From Macrostomum lignano (lineage: Eukaryota), in NCBI GenBank assembly GCA_002269645.1, contig NIVC01000436.1:372001-436000 (forward strand): a DNA stretch of 64,000 nt, given 5' to 3'. Below, in pieces: positions 13,401-22,400 of this stretch. A model generated the notes under the pieces. It saw nothing but the letters and a program-made list of their open reading frames with translations. It did no database searches and was not told where the DNA came from. Each line of letters begins with the position of its first letter. Position 1 is the stretch's first letter. Position numbers and translations under genes: made by a program.

Positions 13401-16400
13401 AAACTTGGCACACAAACTTAGAGGCTTGAACTGAGAAAATCTCGGGCTCGAAAACAGGAGAGAAAGCCGGTTAACGGAAGGAAAGAAAGGCTTGTCTGAG
13501 CCAAGCCAGGAGAGGGGCTGCATTTATAGGGAGGATCGATTGCACCATAGCACGAAAGGCCCCCGCTGAGAGTCATAAGTGACTCTGTTGCTATTTTTAG
13601 CAACAAACAAGCGGGCCCTGCCTCAGAGGAGGCAAGGGGGGTCCGGGCGCACGTGATCTCCCATAAACACGAGCCCAGCGTACAATGATGAAATCATTGC
13701 ACTTTGGACTAAAGAAGGAAGAGGGCCTTGTCATGTGACTGACTCACATGACAAGGGGAAAAGGCCCACAAGTGAAGGCACTCGTGACCGTGGGACCGGA
13801 AAACAGGAAGGCACTCCAAATTTGGAGATGCCTGACAGAGAACGAAACAGAGGCAGGCCAGACCAAGCTGTCTGGGCACTGCAAAAAGGGAAAGCGAGAC
13901 AAAAGGGGCAAACGAGGACAAACAGACAGACAGACAAACGGGCAGAGGACAGGCCAGGGACAGGCGGGAGGGACAGGCAACTGCCCAGCGGCAGACAGAA
14001 ACCAGGGGAGAAGGCGAGGGCAACAGCTGACTAGTGCGGCGCCTAACTAAACTAGCGACTCACTACACTCTCCCCGTTCAAATAAAGAGGCGGAGTGAAG
14101 CGGCGCGCGCTTTATTTAAAACAAAGTAAACGTGAATTTACTGACAAAAGAAAACACACAAAATTTCAAATGCGCTCGTGAAATTGCGCGACTGGCCAGG
14201 TCGTAAAGATAGTGGCCTGATACCGCGGGGGCGCCAACCCGCTAATAGCCTGCGCCTAACTATTCCTCGTGCTCCAGCCCGCAAAATTAGTGCTCGAATT
14301 TGGTGTGGGGGCGCCGGCCCACCCTAGAAATGGCGCCTAAATATTGCGCGGGCGATACCTGAATACACAAGCCAACCGGCTTAAAATTCCTGCATAAGGG
14401 CGCTTAACTAGCGCGGCAAACGGGGCAGCTTCATTGTCAACAGGGCGTACATCAGCGTACGGCCGCCAATCAGTCAAAATAGCACAGACGCGGAGTCATC
14501 AAGAGCATCGGCAGGTCTTCTTCCCCGCCGCCCATGAATCGGGCAACGCGGACGGCCGCCAGGTGGAGAGCGTACGGCCGGTTCGGCCGCTCCAGGTCGG
14601 GGCCGGCCAGGCCGACCGCCTCCGCGAATAACCGGCTCCTCTCCTCGGCCGTGGTTTGACGGAGCTCCGCCCAGATCGGGCCACCGAGGTCAACGATTTC
14701 TCCGCCTTGCCGAGCCGCTCTGACGAGTACAGCGCTTATCAGGTTGGCGCCGGCAGCGATGACGGTAGCTCGGTATTCCGGTATTGGCGACTCCGTTTGA
14801 GTGCCGGTATCGAGCGTTTCCGCCGGACGTTCGGGCGATGGTGGCGGGGCCCTGGACAGGGTGCGGCGCAGCGACGCGGCCAGGTCGGTCCAAACAGCTG
14901 AGGAGCATGCGGCCGCTCCCTGAGTGTCATCGGTCCAAGACATCGGAGACGGGGCCGCGTCGGGATGCCTGGCGTCGTCGAGATCCCCTCCGCGTTCATC
15001 TGTTCCGCCGGGCCTGCCGTGGTGCTCCGACCCGACTCGCTCACGGGCCGCCGGCCGAGCCCCGTCGATGTCTGGAAGGGAATTGCGGACTTGGAGGCGG
15101 ATGTCCGCCAAGCCCCGCATCACCTGCTGTTCCAGCTGCACGTAAGCCAAAGCGGCCGCGATCCGGTCGACCATGAGTGTCCGCGCAGTCGCGTCTGGCG
15201 ATGGCGAGTCGCGCGTGAGGTCGATGACTTCGGGCGAGTGTCGTTGACCCCGAGCGGGGTGTTGAGCTGCATGGCTCTCCAGAACGGGCGAAGGGCTTCG
15301 CCTGGGTGCCGATGTTCGGAGTGGCCTCCCATTCCGCCTCTGGGGCTCGGGGGACGGCGTGCGACGGTGATGGCGCCGATCAACCTGGCGCGTCGGCCTC
15401 GCCGAGCCGTTGCCTTCAGCCCTGAGTCTCCGGTTAATTGTCTCCAGCGGGCGCCGCGGGATCCCCATGGTCTCTGGCGAGACCGGGGTACCAGGTCGGC
15501 GCCGGCTACGGCTAGGCCGCCCTTGCTCCGCATCGGACGAGGAGCTTGAGCTCACGTGGAGCGGACGCTTGTGCATTTCTGCGCTGCAAGGTTTTAATTT
15601 GTGCACACGCATGCGGGCGGTGCGACTAACGTACGTTTTGGCCCTAGGATCGCTAATCAGAAGCCTCTCGGCGGCCTCCGATCCCTAACTGGCCTACCTA
15701 CCACTACTGGTATAGGAGACGCTTCCACCGGAGTGGTGCAAGAAGGTGGCGCAGGAGACTGCGCCGCAGAAAAAGGTTCGGGAAGGGGGGACGCGTGGGC
15801 AGGTGAAAAAGAAGCAGCAGGTGCAGACGCATTCAAACCAGGCACACCATCATGGCGATCACCATACGGCAGTGGCTCACGCCGAAATGCACTTGCCTGG
15901 TTCGCTGGTGTCGTGACCGGTCCACCTCCTGGCTGCACATCCGGGATCGCCAACGGCCGGAAGCGCCACCGGAAGGCCGGCCATGCGTCATCATCATCAT
16001 CGTCCTCGTCGGATCGTCCTCCGGATCGGTGTCAGGGTCGCGGGTCCTGCACCGTCCGGGCATCAGTCGACCTGCGGCGTTTCTTGGCCTGGTCGACTTC
16101 TGGATCCGAAGTCAGCTGGTAGTCGGCATCAGGGACGAGTAGCAGATTCCGGCGATGGACTACTAGCTCGTCGCGCCTGGCCCGCGGGTTTGGCACTCTA
16201 CGGCGAATCTTGTAGACGACCTCGCCCTTGGGTTCGACTACCTCGTACAGCGCTTTGCGAGGTCGATGGAACTTCGCCGCTTCATCCGGTTCGAGCACCG
16301 GGTTGTTGAGGAAAACCAGGTCACCAGGTTGGAGCTTCTTGGCAGCGGGCAGGTTCGAATAGTGCTCGTCGCGCAGTTGCTGATGCAGATGCAGGCGTTC

Positions 16401-19400
16401 TTTGGCTAGCTCAGTCGCTTCGTCCAAACGGCGCTGGAAGTCCTTGACATAGTCAGGCAGATTGGCATACTCCGGCAGCTTCTTGATCGCGTTGTCGATT
16501 GGTAGTCGAAAGTCTCGACCAAACACCAGGTAGTGAGGCGTGAAACCTGTCACCGGGTGTACACTAGAGCGGAGCGCCATCAAGCAGGCTGGGAGGAAGG
16601 TGTCCCAGTCGTTATGGTTGCGCTCGAGGAGGCAGGTGAGGACACTCTTCAGCTGCTTGTTGAGGTTCTCGACTTGCCCATTAGAAGCTGGGTTGTACGG
16701 TGTTGTCGTCGTATGCCGGATGCCAAACAGGTCGCAGAACTTCTTGAAAGCTGAGCCAGTGAAATTGGTTCCTTGATCAGTGTGTATCCAGCATGGTACA
16801 CCAAAGTCAGGGATCAAGCGCTCCTGCAGGATCTTGATGACCGTCTTGGCTTTCTGGTTCCTCATCGGATAGGCGAACGGGTACTTCGACGTCGCGTCGC
16901 ATAGCGTCAAGATGTAGCGGTTCCCGCTCTTGCTCTTCTGGGCGATAGGGCCTACTACATCGCAATGTACTCTTCCCAGGACTTCGCACACAGGGAAGCT
17001 CTGTACAGGTACTCGGTCTCGTCTTCGGGATTTACTTTCAAGACAGGCGCGGCACTTACTGATAAAGTTCTCGGTGACACGGGCTAGTCCGGGCCTCCAG
17101 AATCGTTCACGTAGCCGCTTCAACGTCTTCGTCTGGCCGAGGTGTCCACACAGTGGCGAACTGTGGAGCTCCTGGAGCACCTGGGCATCTAGAGCTTCGG
17201 GCAGGACAACCTTCGGGGCTGCTGGCCATCAGTCAGATCGATCATCAGCAGGCCGTTGTCCTCTCGCAGATTATCATAATATCCGAGCAGATTCCGCTGC
17301 TCCTTCGTCAGTCGCAACCGGGCGTCGAACTCAGGCTTCAGGGCTTTGTTCTCGACCAAGTTGAGCACGTAGCTGATTGCTCGGTCGGCGCGCTGCGCGT
17401 CGACAAACTGTTGCCGCGTCATCGGCATCCTCATAAAATCAGTGAGCACGGCGCGGCATGGCTGAGGGTTCCGGATTTCCTCAGTCTCCGCTTCTGTGGC
17501 TCGCAGTTGATCACGCGACTCCGTCTTGTCGGCGTCAGGATTAGGTCGCTCCGAGGGACTTTGTCTCACAACGTCGGCGTACGATCGCTGATCTCGTTTC
17601 GAAGTTCTCATCGTCGCTCTCTTGACAGGAATTTCCGCAGCTGGAGCAGTGCACTTGCCTCCACTGCACAGCCCAGGCGACTCTTGGCTGTAGGGCGAGA
17701 CGCAACACGTGAAGCACGCCTCGTCGCAGGCAGCCGTAGCCGTCGGCTCGATCATCGTCGTCATTGGGTGAGTCTTCTCCAGCACTGGGCGGTGTCGCAA
17801 AGGGGGACTCGACTTTCCGCACAGGCGATGAGCAGCTGTCTGTCGGCTCGGGGGACAGAGCGTTGACCTTGCAGCCGTCGCGAGAGTCTGGCCTCTGTCA
17901 ACACGGCGAGAACTCTCAGCGCAAAACTCCGGGGAGTTGAACTTACATTGCTGGTCTGGATTCGCGTTGTGGGCTGTCATCAGAAGGGCTGCTTGTTCAG
18001 TGGCCTCTGAGTCGTGGTCCATGGGCGTCTCCAGATTCCGAGACCCGCAGTCTTGGACATCATCAAGGAGGTCTACGTCAGCAGTGGCCTCCGAGGTTTT
18101 GTCCGGGCGAATCTCCAAGTAACGGCAGTCGGCGTGGGCGTCGCTGCGGAGGGCTGAGGTGTCAGTGGCCTCCGGGTTGGTGTCCAAACCGGTCTCCAGG
18201 CGTTGACTGCAGCGATGGTCGTCGTGCTGAAGGACTGCTGGCGCAGTGGCCTCCAGGTCTTCGGCCAGGGCAGTTTCGGCCTCCTTGTTGCGAGTGTGGA
18301 CCTTCTTCGTGCGGGCTGCTCTCGCAGTGGCCTCACGTGTGGTGTCCAATTCCGGCTCCAGGCTGGTGTCATCACCGGGTCGGGCTGCAGAACCGGGGTG
18401 CTCCAGCAGTCGGCCATGTTCGAAGTCAACCGGTGGTGTCTCCGGGCGTCTTGACAGGGCGTCAGCGTTGGCGTGGTCCTTGCCTTTGCGATGGTGAAGC
18501 TGGAAGCGGAACTCGCTTAATCGCTCAATCCAACGGCCCAAGATGCCTGTGACCTGCGTCTGGTTCAGCAGCCACAGCAAGGCCCGATGGTCAGAACGAA
18601 CTTCAAACTTTTGCCGATTAAATAATGACGGAAATGTCGCATCGCGTCCACGATTGCAAGCAGCTCTTTCTTCGTGACCGTGTAGCGCTTCTCAGGATCA
18701 CGAAGCTTCCGGCTAAAGAATGCAATTGGGCGCTCGACGCCGTCGGATTGCCGTTGTCCAAGACAAGCGCCTATGCGAATGTCTGAGGCATCCGTGTCTA
18801 GGACAAACTTCACATTAGGATCTGAGTTAAACTCAGGCAGAGCGAGAACTTCAGTCGAACACAACTTCTTCTTCAACGTGTCGAACGCTACCTGGTGCTC
18901 ATCAGTCCAATGCTGCCGCAGGCTGCCGATGTCCTTTCGAGTCAGGGCATGTAGCGGCGCAGCAAATCCAGCGTAGCCGTTGACAAACTTGTGGTAGTAA
19001 TTGGCGAGGCCTAGGAATTGTCTCAGTTGAGTAACGGACTGTGGCACGGGCCAATCACGGATCTGCGCAATCTTGTCCTCACAGGTCTTCAGGCCGTCGG
19101 GAGTCACGACGTGGCCTAGATAATGCAGCTCCTTGAGGAACAAATGGCACTTCTTCGGCTTGACCTTGAGGTTGGCTGCGATAATCCGCTGGAGTACAGT
19201 CCGCAGGTTGTCCAGCTGCTCCTCGAAGGTCACAGAGTGCACCACGATGTCATCCATGTAGCCAAGCGCAGTCTTTGGCGTCAGGCCGTCCAGGAGCTTA
19301 TTGATGCAACGCTGAAAGCTGCCTGGACTATCGTGGAGACCCATCGGTAGAACATTGAAACAGAATTGTCCGCGGTCAATCACAGAGAACGCCGTCAGGT

Positions 19401-22400
19401 GCTGATCGCAGTCGCGCAGCGGGATCTGCCAGAATCCTTGAGCGAGATCCAAGCTAGAGTACCACTGGGCACCACGCAGCTTCGCGAAGGTCTCCTGAAT
19501 GTGCGGCAGCGGGTACGGGTGGTACACACACTTGTCGTTGAGAGCTCTGAAGTCATGCACCAGCCTGATGTTGCCGTCCTTCTTGGGCACTATCAGCATT
19601 GGCGAGTTGTAGCTAGAATAAGCCGGGCGAATGATGTGCTTCGCCAGCATCTCGTCTAGCAGGGCGTCTAGCTTGTCCTTCAGATGAGGCGGGATCCTGC
19701 GCGGTGGTAGCGCAACTGGTGTCCGATCCTTCAGGATGATCTCGTGGGTCACCAGGTGTGTCAGGCCAGCGTCTAGCAGATGCTTCGAGAAGGCTGCTTG
19801 ACACTCAACTAGTAGATCTCGCACTCTCTGTCGTTGATCTTCGGACAGCTCGCTGTTGATCTCGACTTCCTCTAGCCAAGCTGTGCTGGACTCTTCAGGG
19901 CTCCTTGGCAAATGTCGCACTTCAGGTTCCGGCGTCTCTTCCAGGTACATCAGGTCGGCAGTTCTAAGTGGTGTCGCAACACCAACGCGGATGCCCGACT
20001 GCAGGAACACCTCACAGTCAGCAGTGTTGACGACCTCGATGTAGCCTCGACCTTCAGGCATAGTCATCAGAGCTGGAGCTGCTTCCAGAGTGTTGCAGCT
20101 GGGGTGCAGTCTCGACTTCACCAGCTCGACGATTGATGGCGATCCTCGGTTCTCGGGGTGGCCGACATCCAACTGGACGGCCAACAGCGCTGAACTTCTC
20201 GGCGGCAGAGTGCACTTCTCGGAGGTGTACACCCGGCATGATTGAAGCTCACGGCGCGAATAGCGAACGGGAATGCACGCGCCATTGTTGAACTTTAACA
20301 TTCCTTGAGCAAAGTCCAAGTTCTGGCAGTGTTCACGCATGAAATTAATACCAAGCAAATTTTCACAATCGGTGACCGTGACCAGGAATTCGGTGTCCGC
20401 GACGACATCACCGAACTCCACCGGGATGATCACCTTACACGCAAGGGGTAGCTGCGTACCGTCGTACATGGTCACGCAATCCGGGATAGCATGCGATATG
20501 ATACAACGAGGCATCCGACGTCTAACATTGGCCCAGGTCGACGCTCCAAGAAAGTTTTTCCGACTGCCGCTGTCTAGTAGGAAAGGGACTTCTCGGCCCG
20601 CCAATCGGCCGGTGACGTACGGATCAGCCTCACGCGCATGGATTTTTTATCATCGGAGGTGTCCACGAAACCTCCGCTCAGCCTCACTTACTGATGAGCG
20701 ACTGTCGGACTGGGCATTGGCGCCTGCGCAGCCGACATCCTCTTCTTCTGGTGAGCGTTCGGAGTCTGCCAAGTAGCCGGGGCTTGGGCTCTGCGGAGGG
20801 CGTTGCCGTGGGCGCTCTCCGTCTCGCCGTTTCCCTGGTTCTGGCGTAACGGGCACTGTGCATTGCGATGACCAGGCTGACCGCAGCCATAGCAGATCAT
20901 GGCTTTCGAAGGCGGACTCGTCTTCTGCTGCTGGTCACGCTGCACCAGGTTGTCTAGCAGTCGCTGCTGTTTCTCTAGCAGATCAGTCAGAGCTAGGAGA
21001 GCTTGAGCGGTGGCGTCGGGCGTCGGGTCACCGTCGCGCTCCCCGTTCAGCATGCGAACCGGGGGTTGAGCAGAGCGCTGCGCCAGTTCCTTGGCGCCTT
21101 CCAGACGATGGAGTTCTCGAATAGCGGCCAGCAGATTGTTCGGGCGGACCCAATAGAGCCGCTCGCGCAGATCTGGTGTCGTCCTGATGCCAGCTAGGAA
21201 CTGATCAGCCAGCTCCCGCTCTCGATCCTCAGGGTGCATTCGAGGGTACGCTCGCTCTCCCAAGGTGCGCAGGGCATCAGCGTACTCTTCTGCTGACTCA
21301 TTCTTGCCTTGCTGACGGCGCCTCAGCAGCTCTCGATATTCATCCGCGCCACCGTGGCGGGCGAATCTCTCGATCAGTCGCTGCCTGACCTCCTCGTAGC
21401 CAGCATAGCGTGGGAGGTGCATACTGAGCAGAGCCGGGTAAGCGGTTGCCAGATCTAGACTCGCAACGAGGTGCTGCTTCATCTCGATCGGGTCTTCGAT
21501 ACGCTCCATCTCGCAGCGCTGCTCGAACGCGGCGAGCCAGACGTGGATGTCCTGGCTGGGCGTGTACTTTACAATCTTAACAGATTTGCTTACCGGCCGC
21601 TCCATCTGCTGCTGCAGAGCTGCCATCATCGTTCTCACATCCTGGGGCCTGATGTTCTGGCCGAGGTCGTCCAAACCTGGCAGAAGCTCGTCTGGCGGGT
21701 CTTCGGACACTTCGCTTCTCGCACTTCGCCGCGGCATCTGCTGACCAAGGTCGTTGACCGCTGCTGCTGCGGCAGCCGATGCTGCTGCAGGTCTCGAACT
21801 GCTGATGTGCTGATCCAGCCGGCTGCTGCACCGGCTCTCTTCTCTCTCGTTAAACATTTCAAATTAGTAGAATAGCCGAATTCTTACTCGAAAGAGCGGT
21901 TGTCTTGGGTGTAGTAGTAGTCGAATCTTGACTTGTCGGATCCCAGATAGTCGTGTCGTTGACTCGTCGAATCCCAGATAGTCGTGTCGTTGACTCGTCG
22001 AATCCCAGATAGTCGTGTCGTTGACTCGTCGAATCCCACCGCTGAGTCACCAGTGAAGTACTGGTGTCTTGCTGCTTCCCAATCAGTTGCGAGAGCTGCC
22101 TACCTTGAGCTCCTCTGGGAAGTCTCCAGGTTGATCTAGTAGCGTCGGTAGTGCTGCCACCAGCTTCGCAGAGTCGCAGCCTTCGGTGAGGTGCTGAGCT
22201 CGTAGAAGCAAATAATTAAGACGAGAGAAAGAGACTCGCACTCCGTGCAGATTTAGCAGTTCTCGCGCAGAGGTGCCCACCGTCAGCAGTCCCTGCCGGG
22301 CTGGTGCGGGGTGAGAGCGAAAGTGCTAGCTTCGGGCGATCTGAGCTGGCCTGCTAGCTGATAGCAGGAACAATCAGAGCCAGAGGCAGTCACGCGCAAA

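Noticed and set aside
13709-14050. ORFs in the LTRs (duplicated at 22741-23082)
   Set aside because: Low-complexity purine/pyrimidine-skewed LTR sequence, open on both strands.
14434-16309. Plus-strand ORFs of 130-194 aa within the retroelement 3' region
   Set aside because: Expected antisense shadows of GC-rich coding sequence; no motifs.
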